Source: Pirellulales bacterium | Lineage (GTDB): Bacteria > Planctomycetota > Planctomycetia > Pirellulales > JAICIG01 | NCBI GenBank assembly: GCA_040901675.1 | Contig: JBBDYJ010000035.1 | Location: forward strand, 128,001 to 192,000 | DNA: 64,000 nucleotides | Direction of reading: 5' to 3' | Shown: positions 34,196 through 43,855 of the stretch, one piece after another | Layout: each line of letters starts with the position of its first letter | Numbering within the stretch: position 1 is the first letter of the stretch | The notes under the pieces: generated by a model | The model's input: the letters and a program-made list of their open reading frames with translations, nothing else | The model's database searches: none | Told to the model about the DNA's origin: nothing | Made by a program: the position numbers and the translations under genes

Positions 34196-35326
34196 ATGGT
34201 TCTGCACGCCTTGCGCGGCGGTTGCCGCCTGGCCGTCGTCGGCTGCGCACTGGCCGCCTTCTGGAATTGCCCGGCGGCTGGCGCTTTCGAAGATTCCCAG
34301 AAGCAGGCCGACGAGAACCTCTATCTCGCGCGGCCCGGTCTCGCGCCCCAGGAGTTGCTCGATTTCATCGAGCGGATGGAGTCGAAGCCCAAGAGCATAC
34401 GCTCCCGGCCCGGTTTCTCGGAGGCCCTGATCGACGCCGCCAACCGGATTCTGGCCGCCGAGACGGACCAAGAAACCGAGGCGGCGGCCTTGGCTGTCAA
34501 GCTCAAGACCCTGCACGCCGAAGGCCTCACCGGGAACCAGAAGGCCGACGAGGAGCTGTTCGCCCTGGCCCTCCGACTGGCCGACGATCCGCGGCAGGAG
34601 CTATCGCGGCAGGCGCGGCTGCACGTGTGGGAGCAGCGCGTGCTGGAGGCCGATGACCTGGGCGTCGAGGAACTGCCGGCCCTGCTCGAGAAGCTGCGGG
34701 CCTTCATGTCGGAAGGCCCCTTGGACCAGCGTTACCTGCGGCTGGCCTCGTTCACCGTGCGGATCATCAACCGCCTGGCCGATGACGAAGCGGCGGAAAA
34801 GGCCTATCGCGAATTCGGCGGCCTGTGGGCCAAGAGCAGCGATCGTGAGCTGGCGCGTTACGGCCGCTCGATCGAGCGCAGCGTCAAGCCCGCCAGCCTG
34901 GTGGGCCAGGAGCTTGAAATCGAGGGGGTGGCCATCGACGGCATCCCGCTGGATTGGGCCGGCTACCGGGGCAAGGTGGTTCTGGTCGACTTTTGGGCCA
35001 CCTGGTGCGGTCCGTGCAGGGCTCAACTGCCCCAACTGCGGCAAACCTACGAAGCCTTTCACCAGCGCGGTTTCGAGATCGTGGCGATCAGCCTGGACAC
35101 CGATCGCGCTGCGCTCGAAAAGTTTCTGACCGACGAGCAGATTCCCTGGGTGAACCTGTACAGCGACGACGAGAAGGCCAACGGCTGGAAGCATCCCGTG
35201 GCGGCCCGCTACGGCATCCGGGCCATCCCGGCCACGCTGCTGGTTGGCAAGGATGGCAAGGTCATCGCCCAGGACCTTGCCCCCGACGACCTGGCCCGGC
35301 AGCTCGACAAGCTGCTGGCCGAGTAA
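34196..35326 (+). CDS. Exported TlpA-family thioredoxin/redoxin, paralogue of the upstream gene
   Basis: GKVVLVDFWATWCGPC, AISLD, YGIRAIP. Confidence 0.92.
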   Translation: MVLHALRGGCRLAVVGCALAAFWNCPAAGAFEDSQKQADENLYLARPGLAPQELLDFIERMESKPKSIRSRPGFSEALIDAANRILAAETDQETEAAALAVKLKTLHAEGLTGNQKADEELFALALRLADDPRQELSRQARLHVWEQRVLEADDLGVEELPALLEKLRAFMSEGPLDQRYLRLASFTVRIINRLADDEAAEKAYREFGGLWAKSSDRELARYGRSIERSVKPASLVGQELEIEGVAIDGIPLDWAGYRGKVVLVDFWATWCGPCRAQLPQLRQTYEAFHQRGFEIVAISLDTDRAALEKFLTDEQIPWVNLYSDDEKANGWKHPVAARYGIRAIPATLLVGKDGKVIAQDLAPDDLARQLDKLLAE

Positions 35327-35341
35327 CGTTCCTCCCCCCCA

Positions 35342-35473
35342 GTAGAACGGAAGAGCATTCCGTTTCCTTCTTCGTGCAGCACGTACGGAAATTCATTCTG
35401 TTTCCGTGTCGGCCGGAATCCATCCCGTTTCCTGCTGGTTCTAGTTCTTACGGCACGAATTTCTCCGTTCTAC
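35342..35473. repeat. GTAG-type inverted REP pair (GTAGAACGGA ... TCCGTTCTAC)
   Basis: 10-bp perfect inverted ends with internal short palindromes. Confidence 0.6.
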
Positions 35474-35512
35474 GTGCCTTTGAAACGGAATAAACGGCGT
35501 TCGACCGCCGGC

Positions 35513-35542
35513 TTGACCACACGGCGCAACAATCGGTATAGT
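35513..35542 (+). promoter_or_regulatory. Probable sigma-70 promoter
   Basis: TTGACC-18 bp-TATAGT about 45 bp upstream of the ATG at 35586. Confidence 0.55.
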
Positions 35543-35585
35543 AAGTCCTTATGTTCAATGACGAGTTGTCCTGCGAAGCGCGCCT

Positions 35586-36707
35586 ATGCCGCCCGTCGTA
35601 ATTGACCTGCGCAGCACCGATGACTCGCGCGACGTAGTGCACCGTGCGGTGCAGGCGCTGGCCGAATCCAAAATCGTGGCCTTTCCGACCGAGACGGTTT
35701 ACGGACTGGCCGCCAGCGCCCTGAGCGAAGAAGCGGTGGGGCGGCTGCTGGCCGCGCTGCCGGCCGAGCAGCCCCGGACGCTGACATTGGCGGTCAAGAG
35801 CGCCGACGAGGCCTTGGACTACATCCCCGACCTGGGGCCGCTTGGGCAGCGGCTGGCTCGGCGCTGCTGGCCGGGCCCGGTGACGCTGGTGTTCGACGAC
35901 GGCCATCCCGACAGCCTGCTGCGGCAGCTTTGTCCCGCGGTGCAGCACGCATTGGCCCCCGAGGGACTGGTGGCGCTGCGCGTGCCGGCGCACCAGACGA
36001 TTCTGGACGTGCTCCGCCTGCTGGCCGGCCCCGTGGTTCTGTCCAGTGCCAGGAGTCCGGGGCAGGTCGAGGCGGTGACGGCCCAGCAGGTCGTGGAAGC
36101 CTTGGACGACCGGGTGCAGTTGGTGCTGGACGACGGGCGCAGCCGTTTCGGCCAACCGGCCAGCGTGGTGCGGATCCGGGAGCGTGAATTCGACGTGCTC
36201 GAAGTGGGCGTGGTCTCGCCGCAGACGCTCAAGCGGCTTTCCAGCGTCATTGTGCTGTTTGTTTGCACCGGCAATACGTGTCGCAGTCCGATGGCGGAGG
36301 GGATGTTCAGGCAGTTGCTGGCCAGCCGGCTCGGTTGCCCGGTCGAGCAGGTCGAGGAGCGAGGCGCGATCGTGATGTCGGCCGGCATCGCGGCGATGCT
36401 GGGCGGCCGTCCGGCGGCCGAAGCGGTCGACGTGATGTCGCAGATGGGCTTGGATCTCTCCGGCCACGAAAGCCAGCCGTTGACCGAGCAGTTGGTACGC
36501 CATGCCGACCTGATCGTGGCCATGACCCGTTCGCACCGGCAGGCCATTTTGGCCGACTGGCCGGAGGCGGCCGACCGCGTGCAACTGCTCTGCCGCGATG
36601 GCTCGGACGTGCCAGATCCCGTGGGCGGACCGGCCGAGCAGTACCGCCGCTGCGCCGAGCAGATGAAGCCCGAACTGGAGAAGTGGGCGAGCGAACTCAA
36701 ACTGTAG
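35586..36707 (+). CDS. Fusion of a Sua5/YrdC(TsaC)-like domain and a low-molecular-weight phosphatase (YwlE-like)
   Basis: FPTETVYGL, WPGPVT, ALRVP; then FVCTGNTCRSPMAE and DVPDPVGG. Confidence 0.9.
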   Translation: MPPVVIDLRSTDDSRDVVHRAVQALAESKIVAFPTETVYGLAASALSEEAVGRLLAALPAEQPRTLTLAVKSADEALDYIPDLGPLGQRLARRCWPGPVTLVFDDGHPDSLLRQLCPAVQHALAPEGLVALRVPAHQTILDVLRLLAGPVVLSSARSPGQVEAVTAQQVVEALDDRVQLVLDDGRSRFGQPASVVRIREREFDVLEVGVVSPQTLKRLSSVIVLFVCTGNTCRSPMAEGMFRQLLASRLGCPVEQVEERGAIVMSAGIAAMLGGRPAAEAVDVMSQMGLDLSGHESQPLTEQLVRHADLIVAMTRSHRQAILADWPEAADRVQLLCRDGSDVPDPVGGPAEQYRRCAEQMKPELEKWASELKL

Positions 36708-36795
36708 CGTAGGCTTCCAGCCTGCGGGGCGGTGCGAATCTAACGAGCGATTGATTAAAACTTGCCAGTGGCGGCCTGGCTCAGGAGGGCAACAG

Positions 36796-37254
36796 ATGCG
36801 CATCGCAATCGGCAGCGATCACCGCGGCTTCGCGGTGAAGCAGAACCTGGTCGACTTGTTGAAGCGGCTCTCGCAAGAGGTGACCGACGTCGGCTCTTAC
36901 GGTCCGGACTCGGTGGACTACCCGGACATCGCCTGCGTCGTCGGGCGGATGGTGGGCAACGGCGAAGTGGACCGCGGGATACTGATCTGCGGCACGGGCA
37001 TCGGCATGTCGATTGCCGCCAACAAGTATCCGGGTGTCCGGGCGGCGCCGTGCCATGACGATCTTTCGGCCGAAATGAGCCGGCGTCACAACGACCTGAA
37101 CGTCTTGTGCCTCTCGGCCGACATGCTGGGAGAGAAGCTCATCGACCGCATGGTCGAAATCTGGCTCAAGACCGAGTTCGAGGGGGGCCGCCATGCCCGC
37201 CGGGTCGAGAAAATCGCCCAGTTGGAGCAGCCGATCCCCAAGACCGGGCAGTGA
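36796..37254 (+). CDS. rpiB: Ribose-5-phosphate isomerase B
   Basis: GSDHRG, SVDYPD, CGTGIGMSIAANK, HND.N, FEGGRHARR. Confidence 0.96.
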   Translation: MRIAIGSDHRGFAVKQNLVDLLKRLSQEVTDVGSYGPDSVDYPDIACVVGRMVGNGEVDRGILICGTGIGMSIAANKYPGVRAAPCHDDLSAEMSRRHNDLNVLCLSADMLGEKLIDRMVEIWLKTEFEGGRHARRVEKIAQLEQPIPKTGQ

Positions 37255-37519
37255 CTGTCGTCATGCCAGGCGCGGCGCGGGCTGGCCGAGTTTGATGGTT
37301 CTAGCGGCTCTAGCGGCGGCCCCCGCCGGGCGCGGCGAACGGCGCGGCCGCCCGGACCTCTTTTGTCTTGAAGCCCGGCGAAATCCTGTTACAGTCGAAT
37401 TTCGATGCCACGGCAGGGCAGCCGTGGGCACGTAGAGCGAAGCATCCCGGCGAGCCGTGAACGATTCATCCGCCTTCCGCCAAACTTGAAGTGGCCAGCC
37501 ATCTGAGCAGGTTGTTGTG

Positions 37520-38086
37520 ATGTCCGATTCAGGTCTGAGCAGGCCCGACGAGGTCGATCACTTGCTGCGCAACGCCCAGCTTCGCGACGAGCTGGAGCCC
37601 TTTTTCGACGAGTCGATCAGCCGGCTGAACATCAAGGACCTGCCCACCCCGCAGGAGAACGAATACCTGGCCAGCATGCTGGCCTGGGAGCACGCTCCCG
37701 TGCTGCCCATCGCCCAGTGGTTCAACCCGCCGCTGGAGCTGCCGCATCCTGAAACGCTCGACGACGCGGCCCTGCACGACGTGTTGTGGGAAACCATCCA
37801 GCAGTTGTTCGACAAGCGTATCGTGCTCGACTTCACGGACCACCTGTCCGACCGGCAGTTGTACTGTCTGATCTACCGCGACATCCTGCCTTCGCCCGAA
37901 AAGAAAATCGACGCTTCGCAGCACTATCTCCACTGGGACTGCGCCGATGCCGGCGGCGAACCCGAGGTGTGGCTGCGCTACTATGCCTCGGAGGAAGACC
38001 GGCGCAACTGGGCGGAGTCGGGCGATCCGTTGCCCCCTTCCGAGCCGCCTCCCTACCCCCGCGCGCTGCCCCGCCGCCCGCTGTAG
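37520..38086 (+). CDS. Hypothetical acidic protein
   Basis: Coding-like codon pattern; DFTDHLSDRQLY and WLRYYA motifs; function unknown. Confidence 0.8.
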   Translation: MSDSGLSRPDEVDHLLRNAQLRDELEPFFDESISRLNIKDLPTPQENEYLASMLAWEHAPVLPIAQWFNPPLELPHPETLDDAALHDVLWETIQQLFDKRIVLDFTDHLSDRQLYCLIYRDILPSPEKKIDASQHYLHWDCADAGGEPEVWLRYYASEEDRRNWAESGDPLPPSEPPPYPRALPRRPL

Positions 38087-38154
38087 CAGGGCGTTGCACC
38101 ACGACGCGGCCGCCGCCGCAACTGACCACTAACCCCGGTCACTGAGAACCGGCC

Positions 38155-39042
38155 TTACCACACGTCGGCGGCCGCGACGCCCTTGGCGGCGGCCAGCTCG
38201 GTGGTCTTGGGCACGCACTCCAGGCCCACGTAATCGCGATAGCCCAGCTCATAGGCCTGCCGCAGCACGCGGTTGTAGTGGACCTCGCCGGTCCCCGGCT
38301 CGTTGCGGCCGGGGTGGTCGGCCAGTTGCAGATACCCCACCTGGTCGAACCCCTCGGCCAGATGCCCGCACAGGTCGCCTTCGCTGATCTGCATGTGGTA
38401 CAGGTCCCAGTTGATCTTGACGTGGGTCGAACCGACTTCGCGGCAGATCCGCACGGCATCGGGGCTGCCGTAGAGGCAATGCCCCTTGTGATCGACGCGG
38501 ATGTTCATCGGCTCGAGGATCAGCATCACGTCGTGCTCCTCGGCAATCGGAGCGGCCCGCTTGAGCGCCTTGATAATGTTGGCGTGCATCTGGCGCTGGG
38601 TCATGCCCGGCTGGTCGTTTCCGCCCACCACCGTCATCTTCTTGCACTTGAGCCGTTGGGCCACGCGGCAACTCGCTTCGACTTCCTTGACCACCGCGTC
38701 GTGATTGGCCGGATCGTTCATGCCCGGGTTGAACGGCCAGGCCGTGAACTGGGCGATCGCCAGGTTCAGGTCCTCGCTCAGGCCGGCGATGGCGTCGATA
38801 TCGCGGTCGCGCCAGGGCCAGAACTCGATCGCGGGAAACCCGAATTCGGCCGCCTTGCGGATCCGATCCAAAAAGTCGAGTTTCCGCCACCACATCTCGA
38901 CGTTTACGGCGAACCTGGTGTGCGGCGTGCGGCCCAAGCTGCTGGTGTCTTGGTCGGCGTCGTCGGCTGCCATGGCCATGGCCGCGGTTGAAGCCACGGC
39001 GGCGGTGGAACCCAAAAACGTCCGGCGGGTGAGCGATGTCAT
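38155..39042 (-). CDS. Tat-exported hydroxypyruvate isomerase / xylose-isomerase-like TIM barrel
   Basis: TRRTFL signal; LEPMN, DLYHMQ, ADHPGRNEPGTGE. Confidence 0.9.
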   Translation of the reverse strand: MTSLTRRTFLGSTAAVASTAAMAMAADDADQDTSSLGRTPHTRFAVNVEMWWRKLDFLDRIRKAAEFGFPAIEFWPWRDRDIDAIAGLSEDLNLAIAQFTAWPFNPGMNDPANHDAVVKEVEASCRVAQRLKCKKMTVVGGNDQPGMTQRQMHANIIKALKRAAPIAEEHDVMLILEPMNIRVDHKGHCLYGSPDAVRICREVGSTHVKINWDLYHMQISEGDLCGHLAEGFDQVGYLQLADHPGRNEPGTGEVHYNRVLRQAYELGYRDYVGLECVPKTTELAAAKGVAAADVW

Positions 39043-39269
39043 GGGTTGTCCTCTTGGAATGTTTGTCTTGCAATGTTTCACAGGGCGCGCCCGATTTTAA
39101 TCCCCGGCAGCGGCGCTCGCCACACTATGGGGAACTGGGACAAGGAAAGTCAGAAGCTGCAGGAAGGATGCGGAGGCTTACGATCCTTCTGCCTTCTACG
39201 CAGGCCACCGCGGTGTCTCCGGTAGGTGGTCCACTCGCGGAGCGACTGGAGCACCTTCTTCTGCCTTCA

Positions 39270-39713
39270 CTATCGCTTGCGCTGGAAGAAGCGGCGGAGG
39301 ATTTCGGCGCACGGCTCGGCCAGCACGCCGCTGGCGGTCTGGCAGCGATGGTTCAGACGCGCGTCGGCCAGCAGCCGGTAGAGCGTGTGGACAGCGCCCG
39401 CCTTGGGATCGGCAACCCCGTAGATCAGCCATGGAATGCGGGCCTGCAGGATGGCTCCGGCACACATGGGGCAGGGCTCGAGCGTCACGTACAGCAGGCA
39501 GTCGTCCAGTCTCCACGAGCCGATGGCTTCGGCAGCCTGGGTGATCGCGATCATCTCGGCATGGGCCGTCGGGTCGCGCAGTTGCTCGCGCTGATTATGG
39601 GCCGAAGCGATCACCCGCTTCTGGTGCACGATCACGGCCCCGATGGGCACTTCGTCTTCGTCGAAAGCCTGTTGGGCCTCCGCCAGCGCCAGCCGCATGT
39701 AGTCGTCGTGCAT
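39270..39713 (-). CDS. tadA: tRNA adenosine(34) deaminase
   Basis: [35 protein letters not shown]. Confidence 0.95.
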   Translation of the reverse strand: MHDDYMRLALAEAQQAFDEDEVPIGAVIVHQKRVIASAHNQREQLRDPTAHAEMIAITQAAEAIGSWRLDDCLLYVTLEPCPMCAGAILQARIPWLIYGVADPKAGAVHTLYRLLADARLNHRCQTASGVLAEPCAEILRRFFQRKR

Positions 39714-39940
39714 CAGGAGTCAGCGTTCGGTGGAGAAGGTGCCTGGTCCGGTTGGTATTCTATGATTGTAACCGGGAAGCGGGAACTCCGCTCACCTCCC
39801 TACCTATTCTTCCTCGCTCCTTCCTCGGCCGGCCGGGTTGAAGGAGTGACGAGTTTGAGTACAATCAGGATAGCGATCATCGCTGCCAAGAACCATGTCG
39901 AGGGTGACGCTTCCTCCGTAGACGAAAGGAGATCGAGGTT

Positions 39941-40339
39941 ATGACGGGATCGACCTTGCATATTCGGCAGTTGCCCCATTTTCGGTTGCACTCTGCCGAA
40001 CTAGCGAAGTGGCTCGATCAGCAACCAGAAGATTCTTGGTGGAGCGTTGATGGTGATCCTCTGCTGACCGAACGGCTTGATTTTCCCTGTCCGCCCGACG
40101 AGCTTGCGGGCGCCCTGAGAAAGGTCAATGGAGATCTTTTGCTCCTGGATTCACGGGACGAACCCAGTGCAAAGGGAGACATGCTCACCGCAGACCAACT
40201 TGACGCGGTTGCTTACATCGATGAACACAATGATAGGGTTTTCCAGTTGTCTTGGGAAGGTACCCCCGAAACTGATTGGATTCTTATTGAGGACAGAGAA
40301 ACGGGCGAAAGCAGTCTGGCTCTTGACGACGCAGAGTAG
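39941..40339 (+). CDS. Hypothetical acidic 132-aa protein on a low-GC insert
   Basis: AAAGGAG RBS at about 39925; stop 2 bp before the next ATG; no recognised family. Confidence 0.85.
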   Translation: MTGSTLHIRQLPHFRLHSAELAKWLDQQPEDSWWSVDGDPLLTERLDFPCPPDELAGALRKVNGDLLLLDSRDEPSAKGDMLTADQLDAVAYIDEHNDRVFQLSWEGTPETDWILIEDRETGESSLALDDAE

Positions 40340-40341
40340 CA

Positions 40342-41202
40342 ATGCCAAAGCCCCCGATCAACCTCGACACCTACCTGAAGTATATCCCGAGTCATTCAAT
40401 TCCCCTTTCACAAGAGTCGGGGGTTCCGGCCGAGCACTACCGCCGCTCGGCGAATGATGCATGGAATCTGCTGGTCTACGTAGAAAGGAATTTGTCGGAG
40501 GTCAGCGTCTACCGAGCGTCATACGAGCGCCACATCCGACGCCTGTCTACAATGGTGTTGCTTGGGCTAGTTGAATCTTTTGAACGGTTCTTGAAGGAGA
40601 TTGCTGCCGAGTGCATTAATCACATCGCAGGATATGTTGTAGACGGTAGGTTCGATGTATTTACTGCGAAGGGAAGCGCGGTCGCCATGCAGTTTGCCGA
40701 GAGAAACCTGGGAAAAGCACTCTGCGAGGCATTGACATGGTGCGACTGTGATGAGACCAACAAGAGGATTAGGAGGATTCTAGCTGATCCTTTCGACGCT
40801 GGTAGTTTCTACGTGTTTCCCCTTGCCAATCAGGATCCGATCGTTCTGAGGGATCGTTACGAACTCATGTGCCTCATTTGGCAGCTTCGGCATACCATAG
40901 CCCACAATGCTGCCGTCGTAACGGGTTCGGATGCTCTGAAGCTGCGGTTGCTGATACAGAGGGCCGTTGATTCGCCCCGGCTCCTGTGGCCCACAAAAGG
41001 CGACGTGTGGTACGTTAAACTGTTTCTTGACGAAACCGCGGGGCTAATAAACCGGGAAGTGTCGCAACGCTTGGCGGTACTGTTGTCTACGGTCCACAAC
41101 AAGGACAACACGCTATTTGCCCCAAATGCTAAAGCCCAGGAATTGGCCAATCTTTTCAGATTGCCTTGTACAGTTGCCGGTCAAACCTGCAATCCAGCTT
41201 AG
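40342..41202 (+). CDS. Putative HEPN-superfamily RNase
   Basis: Helical protein with LVESFERFLKE and R-H-T-I-A-H (R-x4-H) at 40888-40905; low GC. Confidence 0.7.
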   Translation: MPKPPINLDTYLKYIPSHSIPLSQESGVPAEHYRRSANDAWNLLVYVERNLSEVSVYRASYERHIRRLSTMVLLGLVESFERFLKEIAAECINHIAGYVVDGRFDVFTAKGSAVAMQFAERNLGKALCEALTWCDCDETNKRIRRILADPFDAGSFYVFPLANQDPIVLRDRYELMCLIWQLRHTIAHNAAVVTGSDALKLRLLIQRAVDSPRLLWPTKGDVWYVKLFLDETAGLINREVSQRLAVLLSTVHNKDNTLFAPNAKAQELANLFRLPCTVAGQTCNPA

Positions 41203-41258
41203 TGGCGACGCTGGCCAACTTCAACAGATCCTCAGCGTTTCCACGCCACGCGGAATCT

Positions 41259-43073
41259 TTACGCCACCCGGTGACCCAGCCGGGTTTCACTCGTCTCCAG
41301 CCGGCTTTGCAGCTCGTGCACGTGGTTTTCCAGCCGCTCGAGTTCCTGGTGAAACAGGTGTACGGCCCGGCACTGTGCCTCGAGCCGCGCAAAGATGCCG
41401 GCCACCAGCTTGGGACTGTTCCAGCGCTGGGCCAACTCCTCGATCTCGGCGCGGATGCCTCGCCGAAGGCGCGACGTAAAAGCCCACAACAGCAGGCCGC
41501 ACCACAAGAGCAGAACAAAGGCGGCCCCGATAAAGAAGTCAGTCCCCAGCACGGGCTGCGGCCGGTCGGCCAGGCCCAGCTCGTAGGCCAGCCAGGAATC
41601 GTAGAAAAAATTCCGGCCGAAGCGGTACAACAACAGGCCGAGCAAGAGGAGCAAGGCGAGCTCATAACGCCCGCGCACGAACCAGCCCGTGTGCCGCCCA
41701 GCCAAACGGGAGACGAGGGCTTGTAGCTCGGCCGACGCAGCAGAGACAAAGCCGCTGGCCGCGCCCGCCGCTTCGCGCTCGACCACGTCCAGTTGGGCCT
41801 CATCGCGCGGCAGCCCTGCCTCGGCGGCATAGCCGTCGACGATGATGGCCGCGGTCCGCAGTTGGCCCTCGTCCCACCCCAGGGCGATTGCCCGGGCAGT
41901 GGCGGCGTCGGCCTGGCTCTCTTGTCGGCGCCCGCGCCAGCGGCGGCCCCCTTCCCACGCCCCCCACAACGCCAACTGCGCCGCACTGCGGGCCCGCAGC
42001 AGGGCCGCGCTGGACACCAGGCCGCCCAACCCCTGGTACAGCCGCAGCAGGCAGGAGAAAGGACTAAAACCCCATCGGCCGGCGATCTCGTAGAGCAGGC
42101 GGTTTTCCCAGGGACGGCGGCTGCCCAACAGCTCTTCGCGCATCTGGGCCGCCAGCCGGCTGGCCAGGCGGGCTCGCTGTTCGATCAATCCGGCTTCGAG
42201 CTGCTGGACGGCCGGCAGACCGGCTTCGATCCGCTCGCGGCAGGCCGAGAGCGTCTGGGCGGCAAGATCGAGGAAGTTGACCCGGCGGATGCGGCGCGCG
42301 GCGGTGCCCGCCAGCTCGCGCGACAAGAAGTCGACCAGCCGTCCGAACTCGCCGCGCGGCTGCAAGCCCTCCTGGGCCTCGGCCAGGGCCGTGGGCGAAT
42401 CGACAAAGAACATCTCGCCCGCCTGGTACCCGTCGGAGAGCACGCGCCGCCAGTCGTCACGGATATCGGTGTCCGTGTCAGCGTGGGTCTGCACAAAGAC
42501 CAGCCGTGCTCCCGGAGCGGCCATGGCCAGTTCCGCCGCGACGCGGGCGCTGCGGTACTTTTGCTGGGTTGTGGTGACCAGCAGCACGTCGCAGTGAGGC
42601 AACAGCTCGCGCAGCCGGGCCAGGTTCGTGCCCGGGGCTTCCGGATCCTCGGTGGTGTCCGGATCGGGGCAATCCAAGAGGACCATGTCGCGCAGGGCAG
42701 GCAGGTCGCGCGTCACGACCTGCACATCGTGGGGGCGGATGCCCAAGTGTTCAGGCTTGATGTCGGGCCGGCAGATCAGCACGGGTTTGCGGGTGGTCGG
42801 CCTTTGGCGGCCCGGCTCGGTCACCTGGCTGCCGACCAGCGCGTTGACCAGCGAGCTCTTGCCGGTGCCCGTGCCGCCCAGCGTGGCGACCACCAACGGC
42901 GCATCGAGCCGCACGCGCAAGGTGTCTGCCCGTTGGCTGAGGCGCTCGACCAGGGCCCTGGCATGCCGGGCAGGCGGCCAATCGGGCGCCCGGCCGGCCC
43001 AGCGTTTCAACTCGTCGAGCAGGCCGTCGACTTCCGCCAGCAGTTCCAGATGGGCGAGCTCATGGTGCGGCAT
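41259..43073 (-). CDS. Membrane-associated Era/dynamin-like GTPase
   Basis: GGTGTGKS (G1), RPTT (G2), DCPD (G3), THAD (G4); C-terminal TM helices. Confidence 0.85.
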   Translation of the reverse strand: MPHHELAHLELLAEVDGLLDELKRWAGRAPDWPPARHARALVERLSQRADTLRVRLDAPLVVATLGGTGTGKSSLVNALVGSQVTEPGRQRPTTRKPVLICRPDIKPEHLGIRPHDVQVVTRDLPALRDMVLLDCPDPDTTEDPEAPGTNLARLRELLPHCDVLLVTTTQQKYRSARVAAELAMAAPGARLVFVQTHADTDTDIRDDWRRVLSDGYQAGEMFFVDSPTALAEAQEGLQPRGEFGRLVDFLSRELAGTAARRIRRVNFLDLAAQTLSACRERIEAGLPAVQQLEAGLIEQRARLASRLAAQMREELLGSRRPWENRLLYEIAGRWGFSPFSCLLRLYQGLGGLVSSAALLRARSAAQLALWGAWEGGRRWRGRRQESQADAATARAIALGWDEGQLRTAAIIVDGYAAEAGLPRDEAQLDVVEREAAGAASGFVSAASAELQALVSRLAGRHTGWFVRGRYELALLLLLGLLLYRFGRNFFYDSWLAYELGLADRPQPVLGTDFFIGAAFVLLLWCGLLLWAFTSRLRRGIRAEIEELAQRWNSPKLVAGIFARLEAQCRAVHLFHQELERLENHVHELQSRLETSETRLGHRVA

Positions 43074-43110
43074 CAGGATTCACTGTGCGGCATAGGGTTC
43101 ACTCGCCAAT

Positions 43111-43773
43111 CTAGCGGACCGCAAGGAGGTACTGCGGATGGCCAAGCGGATCGGTCTGTTGCGAGAATTGGAACTGCCTGTCGAAGACGCCCGACCGAAG
43201 CCAACCCTCGCTTAGATCGGCGGCGACATAGCCATCGGCCGAGTAATGCAGAATGTTCAACGACGCCGTCGGCCCGCGGGCGTCGACCAGCCAGTACTCC
43301 AGAATGCCCGCCTGCCAATACAAGTCGCGGAGCCTCACGGTGTCTTTCCGCACGGAGGTTGGACTGAGCACCTCCAATACCATTTCGGGGGTACCTTCCA
43401 GCTCCGTGAACCCTGATTCGGCGCCCTCCAGGAACCTTAGCCGGCCACTCTCGATCGCGGTATACGAGACAAAGATGCCATCCGGCTCGGTTGAGAGGTT
43501 TGCCCGCGGATTGCTCAACAGTGCCCGGTCGCCGAAGAAGTAGCCTAGCCGCTGTGCGTCGACTAGTCCGGCCAGAACGACGGCAAACCGGATCTTGACC
43601 TGGTTGTGTGAGAAAAGCTGTTCCATGCTCAAGTCCACCCAGATCTCGCCACCCAGGTATGAGAACCAGCCGTGCTCCGGAAACTCTTCCGATTGCGCCC
43701 AACGCCGGAACGTCGCCAGATCGCCTACCCAGGCGGGGATAACGACGCTGTCTTGAATGACGATTGTGCTCAT
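43111..43773 (-). CDS. Uma2-family (PD-(D/E)XK) endonuclease
   Basis: EPDGIFV, PEMVLEVLSPTS..KD....Y..AGI.EYWLVD. Confidence 0.92.
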   Translation of the reverse strand: MSTIVIQDSVVIPAWVGDLATFRRWAQSEEFPEHGWFSYLGGEIWVDLSMEQLFSHNQVKIRFAVVLAGLVDAQRLGYFFGDRALLSNPRANLSTEPDGIFVSYTAIESGRLRFLEGAESGFTELEGTPEMVLEVLSPTSVRKDTVRLRDLYWQAGILEYWLVDARGPTASLNILHYSADGYVAADLSEGWLRSGVFDRQFQFSQQTDPLGHPQYLLAVR

Positions 43774-43855
43774 GCCGTGGCTTCCTCACGCTGACCAGTG
43801 CCGCGCCTCAACCCCATCATAGCCGAGTGGCTGGCTCAAAGCGCCACCGGATCCG

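Noticed and set aside
37380..37510. Possible riboswitch or ncRNA in the leader of the 37520 gene
   Set aside because: A hairpin is present but I recognise no family consensus; an Rfam scan would be needed.
39762..39991. Short ORFs upstream of the HEPN cassette (plus strand 39762-39944; minus strand 39800-39991)
   Set aside because: No convincing RBS or motif; the minus ORF overlaps the better-supported gene. A third cassette gene cannot be fully excluded.
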